A DNA stretch of 64,000 bases. It comes from Octopus vulgaris (lineage: Eukaryota). This document shows positions 41,936 through 55,720 of this stretch, piece after piece (within the stretch, counting starts at the first letter, position 1; the number at the start of each line of letters is the position of its first letter). The DNA is taken from assembly GCA_951406725.2 (NCBI GenBank), contig OX597820.1, positions 74,896,001 to 74,960,000 on the forward strand. The letters are read 5' to 3'. The position numbers were made by a program, and so were the translations under genes. The notes under the pieces are model-generated. The model did no database searches and was not told where the DNA came from. It worked only from the letters and a program-made list of their open reading frames with translations.

Positions 41936-42694
41936 GCACGTCTGCACGCTATACCCGCACACACACACATACATTCTCTCACGCACACAACACGCTCTTC
42001 TTGGTGCACGCACATGCGCACACGTGTTAAAAAAAAACCATTGTGCATGCAAACACCACCATGATGCAGTTGTCTCGCAATTATTTAGCAGTTTCGTCAC
42101 GGCAATTTTCGTATAATAAAATACACACTTATACAGGTAGACAAATACCAGACATTCTCAACATTTGTATAGCCCCATTATTTCTACATACCAGTTCATG
42201 CTTGGAAAATCTTTTCAGGAGCGAGGTGAAAGGATGACATTGCTATGAAATCTGCATGGAGAATATGTATATGTCTGCCAGCAATGTACATGAATACTTT
42301 TATTCATGAGTAGATTTGGCGATTACTTTACATTTTCAATGCATGTAGATGATTGTAAAACACCGTCACGCATATTTGGCTGATGTTTTTTTTGTTTTTG
42401 TTTTTCTGTATGTTGATAGTGGTAAAAAAAAAAGTAGTACACTTTCCAATAGAGATGGCAAAAATTACACGTGCATACACACATGCATAAACGCGGAAGG
42501 ATACACATAGTCAACACCTGTGTATATATATGAATGTGCGTTTATGCTTGGATATATGTGCGTATGTGTGTATGTATGTTTATATATGTGTGTATGTGAT
42601 AGAAATATGTAAATATGCCTCTCTCTCCCTCTCTCATCCTCTCTCTCTCTCTCTCCATCTCCAGCCATTTCCCTCTCTATATATATACATATCT

Positions 42695-42741
<47 letters not shown>

Positions 42742-42793
42742 CGTGTGTGTTTATGTATGTATGCATGCTTGTATGTATATGTGTGTCTGTCTG

Positions 42794-42832
<39 letters not shown>

Positions 42833-42920
42833 GCTATATATATACATATATAAATATACATATATATATATACACATATATATACATATATATATACACA
42901 CATATATATATATATAGATG

Positions 42921-42952
<32 letters not shown>

Positions 42953-42956
42953 ACTA

Positions 42957-43063
<107 letters not shown>

Positions 43064-43758
43064 ATATATATTCATATCGAGAGACGTGCATGCGCATATG
43101 TGGATGTATATGTGTAGCAGTGTTGAATAAAAAGAGAGTTACCTTGAAGTGTTATCGGGAGATGTTCTAAATATCTATGTTCTGATTTCAATTGTCCCTC
43201 GGTCAAAATTCCCTTCCATATTTTGAGGTTCGAGAGGCAAAGTACAACGGCAGTATAATTTTTTGGCTTGTTTTGATGGATGGCTACTGCGAACGGGGAC
43301 CATATTTTTTGCAAAATATTTTGACGATTCCCTGTGATCTGAATAAAATTCCTCACACTTGTTAGCGGAGAATTTATATTCTTACCTAAAGTGTTTATTT
43401 CGGAACTCCTCAAGACAGTACTAGGTATGAGAAGTTCTTAAGCAAGTGGAAAAGTATTTCAAGTGGTCTCTGAGAACGCCAGCAGGCTAGATGGCAAATC
43501 CCGTTTCATCTGTGAAAATACACACATACAAACACAGACATACATACATACATGCATACATACATGCACACAAACTTACACACACAAACACATATAAATC
43601 TCACCAAAAGCAATAAATTGCACGACTCAATACAAACGTAGAATATTCTTCTATGCGTTATAACTAAAAGGCTACTATTTCCACTACTCAGTTTCCAATC
43701 CCCAGCTGATGATCGGAAAGGAGCAACTCTGAGTACTCGAAAAGGTTGCCCGTCAGTT

Positions 43759-43793
<35 letters not shown>

Positions 43794-44365
43794 TCGTTCC
43801 CTTATTTTGTAAGGTATTTTGTAATATTTAAATCAGAGTCTTTACTTCGGTAACAGGGCAATCTATAACAGCCTGACATCACTTCTATTATAATTACTGA
43901 TGCTCGAAGTACAATTATTATTGTTATTAATATTATTACTATTACGCAAACATCTATAACTTTTTAAACTCAGCATCACTTATTTCTTCCCAATTATTCT
44001 GGTCTCTTTTCCTTACTTTATTATTCTTTTTTATACTTCTTTATTACTTTCCATAGAAACTATTTCATCCGTTTTGAGAAATTTTCTGTTAATAATTTCA
44101 GAGAGAACACGAGGTTGAAAACAAATTTATAACTCTGTCAGCTAATAAGAAATTAAGAATTATATACATATATATATAAGTTTATTTCTTCAAATATTGA
44201 GTACAATATTCAGAATGAGAAAGTGTAACTCATTTAAACGACGGATTGATATGCGTGCGCGCTTGTATGTGTTTGTGTTTATGTGTGTGTCTGACCGTCG
44301 AGTGTGTCACTGTGTATTTATGCTTATATATTTATTTCTAAATACATACATATATGTATGCGCAT

Positions 44366-44411
<46 letters not shown>

Positions 44412-44417
44412 TATATA

Positions 44418-44474
<57 letters not shown>

Positions 44475-45116
44475 GATATACATATATGTACACACACACA
44501 TATATGACATTGTATGTGAGTATGTATGTGAGTGTTCATATGTATATAAGTCTGTGTATATATATTTAGCCGGCGCGTACACACCTTCTCAGGAGACACA
44601 CAGACGTATGATGCCTGATAATAAAAATATAAGGAAATAAATATCAAGGCTCTGGCTGTTTCACTACTATTTTATAGTCATACTATTCTCAACTTGACGC
44701 TAAGTGAGTTAACAAGACTAGATAGTAAACTGTGGAAAATAACGATTATATCAGTAAGCACAGTAAATTCGACTAAGATTATATTTGCCGCCAAACCACA
44801 CAGCTTGATATTTTCTTTAAACAAGAAAAATTATTTAAACTAGAAAAATAAGAATCTGCTGAAGGTGAGAACCGAGCTACTGGAAATACGGCCACGATTG
44901 CAGCTAATAAGGGGCCTCCTCGAAAGCGGTGTCCCAGCATGTTTCATACCCAACGTATGAAAGTAGTAAAAACGTGTTGAATACAAAAATTTACGTTGAT
45001 AAAGGCTAGAAATGAAAAGAATAGCGTCTGATTAATATAGAATAATTACTGACTCTAATGTATCTGTGACGAAGACCCCTATACAGTATATGAATGATAT
45101 TTATGTTATTATAAGA

Positions 45117-45780
45117 CGGTGATCTGGCAGAATCGTTAGCACGACGGGCGAAATGCTTTGCGGTATTTCGTCTGTCGTTACGTTGTGAATTCAAATTCCG
45201 CCGAGGTCGACTTTGCCTTTCATCCTCTCGGGGTGGATAAATTAAGTACCACCTACGCACTGGGGTCGATGTAATCGACTTAATCCGTTTGTCTGTCCTT
45301 GTTTGTCCCCTATATGTTTAGCCCCTTGTGGGCAATAAAGAAATAAGAATGTTTAGCAAGCCAGACGAAATGCTTAGCGGTATCGCGTTTGTCGCTACGT
45401 TCTGAGTTCAAATTCCGTCGAGGTCGACTTCGCCTTTCATCCTTTCGGGGTCGGTAAATTAAGTACCATTTGCGTACTGGGGTCGATCTAACCGACAGGG
45501 TACCACCCCAAACATTTCGGGCCGTGTGCCTAGAGTAGAAAAGGATATTTATGTCATTACAAGGCGGCGAGTTGGCAGCATGTTTAGGAAGCCAGACAAA
45601 ATGCCTAGTGGTATCGCGTTTGTTTTTATGTTCTGAGTTCAAATTCCGCTGTGATCGACTTTGCCTTTCATCCTTTCGGAGTTGATAAATTAAGTACCAG
45701 TTGCGTACTAATCGATCGAATCGATTGGCCGCCGCCCCCAGAATTTCGGGCCTTGTGTCTAGAGTAGAAAAGGATATTTA
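45117..45780 (+). mobile_element. SINE family B cluster (three units, one with a type 2 tail)
   Basis: B boxes near 45190, 45405 and 45635; junction at 45346/45347. Confidence 0.9.
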
Positions 45781-47043
45781 TGTAATTATGAAAGCTTATG
45801 AAAAAAAAAAAAAAGAAGTAAAAACAAGTAAAATCCAAAGAAGCGCAGAGAGAATTTGATATCAGCATCCAAAATATGAACCCGTTTGTTCCTTCTTCCA
45901 TGAATATGTTCAAATGTTATACTTAAATAATATTAAATGCAAAGCAAAATCAGAATAAAATCCACATCTTTGATATAAGTCTTTCTAATTTTAACAGATA
46001 GCCGATAATTTTGAGGTGTGGCAAGGTAATTACATCGACATCTGTATGAGACTGTTAGTTTATTCTATCGACCACGAAAGAATGAAAGGCAAAGTTCACC
46101 TGGTGAGATTTGAACACCTCGCTCCCAGCCTTAATCTTTAACACCGTGAATCTTATCTATATGTAGCTCGTTAATCAAACTGGAAAAAAAAATCGAAAAT
46201 TTTTACTATGAAGAATCTCTGATATACAGCTTAATAAATTTATGAATCAAGATCAAATACGAAAATTAAATAAGCAAGAACTTTAGCAACTTTAGCAGGT
46301 TTCACTAATAATAATAAATGTAAGGACAAACTTCAGAATTAGTTATAAATTATGTGGTTTCTGCAAGAAGACTTTCAATGAAATCCTCAAATGATGGGAA
46401 TAGCGAAGGACCAGTGTTTTAAAGTTCAGGCTATTTTGCTATTGACGGCAACGAAACTTATTTATATATTTACTAGTTTAGATTTTAATGTAACATTATG
46501 TGAAGTCAAGGCATTGAAGACATAGACAATGTATTAATGTTTGGACGGTGGTTTATTTAAATATTCTTGAAATAAAACCAAAGGCAAACGTTTTACATTT
46601 GAGCAGACACTTTAAAGAGGTCTTTAAACAAAGCAAGGCATTTTGTCATCGTTTAAGCTTTTGACTATGAATTGCTCTTATAACATTCATGATAATTTCT
46701 AGCACATTCAAAGCTAAACATATTTGTTTCAAATGTTGGTAGGAGGCCACCAATTTCGGGGAAGGGAATAAATTGATCGATGAAAATGCTCAACTGGTAC
46801 TTAGGCTATCGATCTCGAAATTTAAACTCAGTACGTAAGAAATGCCATTAAGTGGCGTGCCAAGTTATGCCAGCTCGCCGCTTTATTCGAAGCTAATATT
46901 TTGCCGATAACTTGTATGTAACTGAAACTTTATTTTATCGGAGGTAGAAGGAAGATCTGGAACAAATACCGAAAATCATTTTGTTTGTTACTCAAAATAG
47001 TCTATCAATCCAAAATTTTATAGCGAAATAAGAGATGATTTAA

Positions 47044-47324
47044 CCTTCTTGCGACACCCGGGGCGATTGATCGGCCCAAGTAATACAAGTTGTACGAAAT
47101 TTGAGGCCGATCTATCGAACCGATGAAACAAACGTTTTGAAGTGTAATAAGCATATCAAGGGTAGTCTTTCAATAGATATAACATAAAACTATTTAATAT
47201 ATATAGTTTTACATACTAATAAAGTAGTTTTAGGCACTTTATCGATCGTTTCCTACTAAAAAAAAACAAAACAGCTTTGGTCTTTTTGGTTACACATAGT
47301 TAAACATCGTGTGTCTCAAAAGGG
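47044..47324. mobile_element. Possible piggyBac-type MITE
   Basis: TTAA|CCTTCTTGCGACAC ... GTGTCTCAAAAGGG|TTAA: 14-bp TIR with 3 mismatches and TTAA flanks. Confidence 0.5.
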
Positions 47325-48929
47325 TTAAGAGAGAGAGCATATAGAGTTAAACTAATCTCAATATTTAATTTTAATCGGTTAAGAAGGATGATACTGAAAA
47401 TTAACTTCTGCTAGATTAGATCCCAGAACATAAAGATATCTAAAACACTTTCTTAATCGCTTTAGTAAAAATAAGGCAGTGATGTTTGCATAGCTAGTTG
47501 AAAGCCAGTCTACGCGTATTTACCGATATTCAAAGTTTACTGCTTCATAGCGATTTCGAAAGAAAAAGAAAACGAAAAATAATGATATAAAAAAGGAACA
47601 GAAAATAGACCTGAAAATTCTTCCAGATGTTTATTATGGTTCTGGCTGTCTTTATTTTATTTTTTGCTTGTTTTCATTTTAGACGTAGCAGTGGTGTTGA
47701 TGTTAGTGGTGTTTTCAATGGCGGTGTAGAGGAGGATAGAGTGCGAGCGATATTGTTATATGTATATTTAAATATAGTAGTATGGTGAATGAATCCTATC
47801 ACGTATTATTTGTCATTATTGACGATCGGTTTCACGCTGAGACGAGGAATATAAATGTATAGCTTGTCTGAGTCAGAGCCTTCAGGCTAGATAGCTTCCT
47901 ATGAATCATAGTGTTTCAACAGTTGTCGACGTATCTGTTCTTGTCAGTGAAGCCACGAGGAAAAATGTGCACCCAGCTAACTCCTCATTCAAATCTCGCC
48001 GTGAAAGAAAATGCATATTTCGGTAATGATTTGCAATATATCTGTACTTGAAATAAAAGTAAATACAAAAGAAGAGGAAAAAGATTCAAATAAGACAAAA
48101 ATAAAACAGTCTATTTTAATCAAAGAGTAATTATGCAGAAAACAGAATACTGAGGGAAATAAGAAAAGACATAAAAATCAAGCAAATTACAAACTACTAC
48201 AACCACCACTAACACCACCACCTTCAGTACCAGCACCACCACCACCACCATAAGCACCACTATAATACTACTTCAAATTAGAATAATATTTTTGAGAAAA
48301 ATTACGTATATTTTATCAAGGTTCGCATTTCATAACACGCACATGCATGAGTGTATATGAATATGTGTGCGCGTGTGTATGTGTGTGTGTGTGTGTGTAC
48401 TTCATTCATATACAATAAACACTAACTATATATATATGCTTATATATATATATATGTATGTATGTATGTATGTATATATACGCGTATATATATATATATG
48501 TATGTATGTGTGTGTGTGTATGTATTTATGTATATATATGCATATATATATATGAATATATGTATACAGACACACACTGCCATACATATACACATGAATG
48601 GACAACACAAATTATTACACTCAAGATATTCCAGTAAATGAAATAAATGTAATTTACACTACCACATCTGTGTGTTTGTGTGTGTGAGTGCGCACGCGTA
48701 TTTGTGTGTGTGAGTGTGTGTTTGTGTGTGTGTGAACGTGTATCTGTGTGTGTGTGTTTATGTGTGTGTGTGTGTGTGTGCATGAACGTAGGATATGTAT
48801 ATACTCTTTTACTTGTTTCAGTCATTTGACTGTGGCCATGCTGGAGTACCGCCTTTAATATGTGTATATATTTATTCTTTTATCTGTTTCAGTCAATTCA
48901 CTGGGGACATGCTGGAGCACCAATTATAC

Positions 48930-49365
48930 AAAGTTGATTTCCAACCACATGGTTATGATTTCGGTCCTTCTTCGTGGCATCTTGGGCAAGTACCTTCTAC
49001 TATAGCCTCGAGTCGACCAAAGCTTTGTGAGTGGATTTTGTAGACGAAAACTGAAAGAAGCTTGTCGTGTATACATGTATATATATAAAGTTAATCCAAA
49101 CAAGAAAGCACAAAAAAACACAACACGAGGACGTGGAACAAATATAGTATTATTGGACGCTCAGGAAAGAAGGAAAGAAGGAGGGTTTAACGTTTCAAGC
49201 GGAGTGTTGTTTATATCCCCCTAAGTTAGCTGCTCGATAGAAAAGGAAAAATACCAGGCTCTAAAAAACAAAAACAAAAAGGACTCGTTCAATTTTTTCG
49301 ACTAAAAACACTTCATGTTGGTGCTCCAGCGTGGCTTCGGTCTAATGACTAAAACAAGTACAAGA
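48930..49365 (+). mobile_element. SINE family A interrupted by a Penelope-like fragment (49090-49205)
   Basis: SINE halves flank a segment ending TTTAACGTTTCAAGCGGAG (half hammerhead on the minus strand). Confidence 0.65.
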
Positions 49366-49399
49366 CAAAATCTATGTATAAAATGTGACTCGATGGCAC

Positions 49400-51010
49400 T
49401 TAACATTTAGAGTTCGAACCCCACCGAGGTGAACTTTGCCTTTCATTCCTTCGGGGTTGATAAAATAATCTACCATTCAAGTAGTGCGGGCGATGTGAAT
49501 CGATTTGTCCTCTCTCCTCAAAGAAATTTCTGACTTCGAACTCTGCGACGGACCAACGGACCAACGGATCAGGGCGAGTGTTATTCTTTTCCAAACTAGG
49601 CATAAGGTCCGAAATGTTGGGGTATAGGGGTGGAAGTCAATTTGATTAATCCTAGTACCCAACTGGTACTTAATTTATCCACACCGAAAGGATGAAATGC
49701 AAAGTCGACCTCGGCGGATTTTGAAGAATGCAAATTATATTAATTCTTTTCTACTCTAGGCACACGGCTCGAAATTTTGGGGGATCGACCCCAGTACGCA
49801 ACTGGTACTTAATTTATTGACCCCGAAAGGATGAAAGGTAAAGCTGACCTCGGCGGAATTTGAACTCAGAATGTAAAGATAGACGAAATACCTATTTCTT
49901 TACTACTCACCAGGGGTTAAACACAAAGGGGTCAAACAAGGACAGACAAACGGATTAAGTCGATTATATCGACCCCAGTGAGTAACTGCTACATAATTTA
50001 TCGACCCCGGAAGGATTTAAGGCAAAGTCGACATGCGCGGAATTTGAACTCAGAATGTAGCAGCAGACGAAATACCGCTAAGCATTCCGCGCGGCGTGCT
50101 TAACGTTTCTGCCAGCTCGCCGCTTTAGGACGAGTGTTATGATTTTTGTCAGGGAAACCGTGTAACTGAAGCTGTTTATGCCAGGGCTGTGGAGTGGTGG
50201 ATTCCTAGAACTGATAGAGGGTCGGACAAGATAGATCCGCAATATTTGTCCTATTTTTAGGGTGGCCAGCTGGCAGAACCGTTAGCACGCCGGGCGAAAT
50301 GGTTAGCTGTATTTCGTCTGTCTTTATGGTCTGAGTTTAAATTCTACTGAAATCGACTTTGCCTTTCATCCTATCGGGGTCGATAAATTAAGTATCAGTT
50401 GCATACTGAAATCGATCTAATCGACTGTGTACACCCCTACCCCCAAATTTCGGGTCTTGTGCCTAGAGTAGAAAAGAATATTTATCACATTTTTAGGGCA
50501 GCAAACTGGCAGAATTTGTTAGCACGCTGGGCAAAATGCTTAGCGGCATTTCGTCCTTGTTTACGTTTCTAGTTTAGGTCGACTTTAATTTTTTATTCTT
50601 TCGGGATCGATGAAATAAATACCAGTCTAAGTACTGGGATCGATCTAAACGACTAGTCCCCACCTACAAAATTTTAGTCCTTGTGGTTATAGTAGAAAGG
50701 GTATTTATCAAATTTATTTACATTCCGAATTCAGATACCGTGGAAATGAACTTTACTTTCTATCCTTTCGGTGGCGATAATATAGATAAGCCAACAAAGC
50801 GGCGAGCTGGCAGAAAGGTTAGCACGCCAGGCGAAATGCTTTGCGGTATTTCTTTTGCCGCTACGTTCTGAGTTCAAATTCCGCCGAAGTCGACTTTGCC
50901 TTTCATCCTTTTGGGGTTGATAAATTAAGTACCAGTTGCATACTGGGGTCCATTCAATCGACTGGCCCTCTCCCCCAAAATGTCGGGATCTTGTGCTTAG
51001 TGTAGAAAAG
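49400..51010. mobile_element. SINE family B cluster (one +, three -, three to four + units)
   Basis: Conserved B-family motifs; type 1 junction at 49892/49893. Confidence 0.85.
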
Positions 51011-51314
51011 ATTATATATAAGTCAATTACTGGTGCTGGTTTAAATCCATTTACATCTATTTTCCAAATTATGGGCTTGAGCATGCGTTAGAAATCATCG
51101 TACGCTATTCTTATTTAAACAAATTCAAGATGGAAAAGAAACAAATGTTTCTTAGCTCTTAATCGATCGATTTAATCATATTAAGATTCCTTCGCATTAT
51201 TGATGAAATAATCTCATCAATTTGGCTAATTGTTGATCCCTTAGGCTTAAAATTCAGAATCCGAAGCCAAGAAACACTCGGTATCATCTTTATCTCTTCA
51301 AAATTAATTAACAT

Positions 51315-51451
51315 GAGAGGCTGTTGGTAAATAGCTTGCTTCACAACCACATGGTTCCTGGTTCAATTCCAGGGCAAGTGTCTTCTACTATATCCTCGGG
51401 CCGACCAAAGCCTTGTGAGTGGATTTAGTAGACGAAAGCTGGAAGAAGCCC

Positions 51452-51497
<46 letters not shown>

Positions 51498-51505
51498 CGC
51501 GCGCG

Positions 51506-51553
<48 letters not shown>

Positions 51554-51760
51554 TATATGTTCGTGTGTTTGTGTTTGTCCCCCCACGATCGCTTTACAAC
51601 CGATGTTGGTGTGTTTACGTCCCTGTAACAGTGGTTTAGCAAAGGAGATCGACAGAATAAGTACTAGGCTTACTAAGAAGTCCTAGAGTCGATTTGATTA
51701 GACTAAAAGGCGTTGCTCCAGCATGGCCGACGTCAAATGACTAAAACTAGTAAAAGGTAA
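51315..51760 (+). mobile_element. SINE family A
   Basis: Collinear with the 58981 copy; internal (AT)n. Confidence 0.85.
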
Positions 51761-52269
51761 AGAAAAAACTTCCCTCTAAATATATATGTTGCAATGATCT
51801 GCAAAAATGATAATCAAATGGCGGAAGTCGATCCGACGAATAAGAAGGTTGAAGGAAAACCTTTATATTCAGTGCCATAATTTTCCTTGGGAGACTTGAG
51901 CAATATGTGGTCTTGCTTTATCTTGTAACAGCAATTACAGTGAGTAATTGACGTCTTTTTACGATTGACCAGAAACAGACAATTAGCCTGTGAACTCGAA
52001 TGCTTCCAATTAACAATGATATTTCTCCACATTTAACTCTTTCGTTTCATTTTAACACTTTATGTTTGGCTATATCTTTGTTTCCATCAACCACAAGAAA
52101 TTGATTCTTTTTTTTGTTCGGTGAAATTCTGGTTTTGGAACTATTACTTCTCTTTGGTTGCCAACCATTGTCGTATCATTGAATGCTTTATAGTTACGCA
52201 TTGGGTTGAACCCTTTTGCTAATTCCTGTGTAGTCTAATTTCGATCTGCCTCCGTTACCTTTTCAATAT

Positions 52270-52765
52270 TTTTCTGATCTAGGAACAAGGCCCGAAATTT
52301 TGCGGGAGGGGCCCAGTCGATTAGATCGATCCCAATATGCAACTGATACTTAATTCATCGGCGGAATTTGAACTCAGAACGTAACGGTTGACGAAATACC
52401 TATTTCTTTACTACCCAAAAGGGGCTAAACACAGAGAGGACAAACAAGGAGAGAGAAACGGATTAAGTCGATTTTATCGACCCCAGTGCGTAACTGGTAC
52501 TTATTTTATCGACCCCGAAAGGATGAAAGGCAAAGTCGACCTCGGCAGAATTTGAACTCAGTACGTAGCGGCAGATGAAATACGGCTAAGCATTTCGCCC
52601 GACGTGCTAACGTTTCTTATTTCTTTATTGCCCACAAGTGGCTAAACATAGACATAGAGGGAACAAACAAGGACAGACAAAGGGATTAAGTCGATTACCT
52701 GGACTCCAGTTCGTAACTGGTACTTAATTTATCGAGGATGAAAGGCAAAGTCGACATTGGTGAAC
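52270..52765 (-). mobile_element. SINE family B trimer with type 1 and type 2 junctions
   Basis: Junctions at 52400/52401 and 52616/52617. Confidence 0.85.
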
Positions 52766-52789
52766 TCTCATTAAACTCTCGAATTCGAT

Positions 52790-54520
52790 ACGCTCGCAGT
52801 CTTTCACACTTATCAGACCCCTTCCTCCATTTTCACTCTCTTCACATATAGGCAGTCCGTGCCTGCACGTGGATGATGGGCTCTATGCATCATTAGGAGC
52901 TTTCCTGACTTCCTGTTCATCTCCTTTAGCTCCTTCGCTGTTCACTTCAGGATTCCAGCGCCACACCGAACTACTGCGACTGCGCGCGAGTTTATTACTG
53001 AAATTATGTTTCTGGCGTTCAACTTTGAAACCAATATTTTTCTCACTCGCCGCAAGTACTCTCTTTTTGTCTTTTCCGTGAAGTTTGATTGTCTCTGCCT
53101 CAAGTATTCCAAAGTATTTATAGCTGGATTGAGGTTGAATTGCCGTCATCATTTCACCACTTGGCAACCATATGCCTTCTGTCCTGGCAACACTTCCTCG
53201 TCTTATCACTATCGTAACACATTTTGAGAGTACAGACTCCATCTTAATGTTATTGGATAAAATCCACACAGACTGTGCTAGCTGTCCAGTTCTGTCTCAG
53301 TTTTTGTGAATAGCTTCAGGTCGTCCATGAATAGCAATTGTTTCAGTTTTCCTTTATCTCTTCGCAGGTCATACCCTAACTTTGTTTTCTGTAGTATTTC
53401 AATCAAGGTGATCATTCCCAGCACGAATATCAGTGGGGACACACTGTCCCCTCGAAGATTCCTCTCTTGATGTTCGCCCCTCCTAGTACTTGCTTCCCTG
53501 CTGTCAATTTCATGCTATTTCATATAAAGCTTCTCCTATTCTCTGCTACTCCATACATTTTCATTGTTCTTGTCCATGAGTGTGATATCATATCGTATGC
53601 TTTGCAATAATCAACTCATGCCATGATCAGGTTTGTATGTCTTCTCTTGCAGTTCCTGATAATTAGATTATGAATTAAGAGATGATCCCTCGTTTCCCGG
53701 CTCCTTTTTTGGCACTCTTTCTCTTCAATAGGTAGCAACCAACTTTTTTCCAAGTATCCGTACATCTCACTGTCCAAAGCACCTTTTCAGGATCCTTGGA
53801 ACATAACAATGTATTTACCTTTGTCATCCAGTTGGGTACTGCCCCTTCCTGCAAACACTCATATATCTGTTCTTCTATCCTTTCAGGAAGCCCTCTCAGT
53901 TTCTTCCTCCAATACATTTGGGCTCTTCTAATTTGGGAAATTTTTAGATGCTTTTTTATCATTCCTGTAGTTATCTTTATGTGTTGTTGGACTTTCATAT
54001 TTCATGCAGCCAGTCCGCTTCAGATCCCTCAGACACCTCTCAGATCCTTCTCCAGAATGCCTTGTTTTCCTCTGCATCTGGTATCATTGTTACATGTATT
54101 TGCCCATCTAGATCCTGAAACAGTTTCTTCATATTTGCTTAAACCAATCTGTTTTGCCTTAATTGTTTTGTTCTATTGTCATATCCTTCCAGTTTTGCTC
54201 CGATTGCTACTACTCATTGTCTCATTTCTTCCAAAATCACATCATAACTTTTATCTCTTATCCTATATGATCTTCCCAGAATTATTCTGCTGCTTTCGTT
54301 AGGCAGTTTCCCTCTTCTCAATCTATCAATTTATCCTAAATGTCTTTTTAACTTTTTTCCCCACAAATTCGTCTACGCCAGTGTGGTTTCCAACGTTCTG
54401 TTTGTTCTTTTCTTTTGTTTCCAAATCTATCTGCAGCAACCATAGCTGCAGCCCAAATAACCTTACTTTACTTTCCTCTCCCAGCTTATCTCTCCATGCT
54501 GTGAGTTCAGTTCGCCACGT
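52790..54520 (-). mobile_element. Decayed R4/Dong-like non-LTR retrotransposon (RT region)
   Basis: Minus-strand motifs AAAMV..KPHWRRRI, MA*VDYCKAYDMISHSW, KRGIF-GDS-SPLIFV, LLFMDDLKLF (~53308-53337), IKM..KC..GIWLP..YKYFGILE; many frameshifts. Confidence 0.85.
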
Positions 54521-54529
54521 TGTCATTGA

Positions 54530-55060
54530 GTTTTATATTAACTTCAGGATATTGTGGAAGACATTCAGTAGTTTAGGTCATTCAATAATCTACGAGGGTG
54601 GGACCATGTCACATACTTTTCTGTAGTCCACCCATGCCATCGCCAAATTTTTGTGTCTCTTCTTGCAATCAGGCCAGATATCTTATCGATTTGTAATTGA
54701 TCGTTCGGTCCTCTGTTCTTATGTCAAAACCCTTTTTGTTCCACCGGTACTAGCTGATTCTCATCTAGGTACTTATGGATGCTGTTTGATATGATGCCCG
54801 TCATCAGTTTTCACATCAGTGGCAAACAAGATATTGGTCGGAAATTTCCAAACGCATTCCCTTTACTCGGATCCTTCTGCCATCCAGGCTGGTACTTGGA
54901 TGTCACTACTCAGTATTTCGTCCATCTGTCTCGTATTTCTCCTGTGCAGAGGTGTCAAGTTTTTAAGCCAAAAGCCTGAAACCCCACCTGGGCCAGGCGC
55001 TTTCCAGTTAGGAATATTCATGCACTGATTTCTAATCATATTCTCAGATCCTCCTGTCAA
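54530..55060 (-). mobile_element. Second R4/Dong-like RT fragment
   Basis: IPNWKAPGPGGVSGFWLKNLTPLH and DCKKRHKNLAMAWVDYRKVCDMVP. Confidence 0.8.
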
Positions 55061-55244
55061 TACCCTATAAACTCTCCTCCTCCTACTCCTCCTACTCCTG
55101 CTCTTCCTTGTTGTTGTTGTTCTTCTCCTCCTCCTCCACCCATCCTCCTCCTCATCATCATCCTTCTTCTTCTTTTTCTTCTTCTTCTTCTTTTTCTTCT
55201 TTTTTTTTCTTCTTTTTCTTTTTCTTCGTCTTTGTCTTCTTCTT

Positions 55245-55328
<84 letters not shown>

Positions 55329-55331
<3 letters not shown>

Positions 55332-55452
55332 TTGTTTTATTTTTATAGCGTGCTTTCACTTCACTACCGAGCGTAGCTCTGTGTGCCTTGGGTATGTGCT
55401 GTGATTTGTTGTGATACTCTGATGGTTATTGTATGGAAAGTGTTCTATACAA

Positions 55453-55510
<58 letters not shown>

Positions 55511-55720
55511 TCCCCTTTTCACCGGTTTTGCTGGAACTCCTGGAATTTTGCATGTGTAGCGGGCTTACTACGTGCAGCTTACCGTACCATGCTATCCGTT
55601 TTTTTTTCAGCTAAGGCTTTCCTTATTATTCTGGCTTTGCCAAGAGGACAAACCTTTTGTAACAGTTCTACTGGGCATTCTATTCTAATTTCCTTTATAT
55701 TCCCCTTATTCACTGTTTGA
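55329..55720 (-). mobile_element. Two R4/Dong-like 3' ends each abutting (TAA)n
   Basis: C-terminal peptides QKVCPLGKARIIRKAL and ILYRTLSIQ*, each followed by a short UTR and a TAA tract. Confidence 0.6.

Noticed and set aside
43700-43760. CTGATGA...GAAA hammerhead candidate
   Set aside because: No convincing helix I, II or III pairing around the boxes in this copy.
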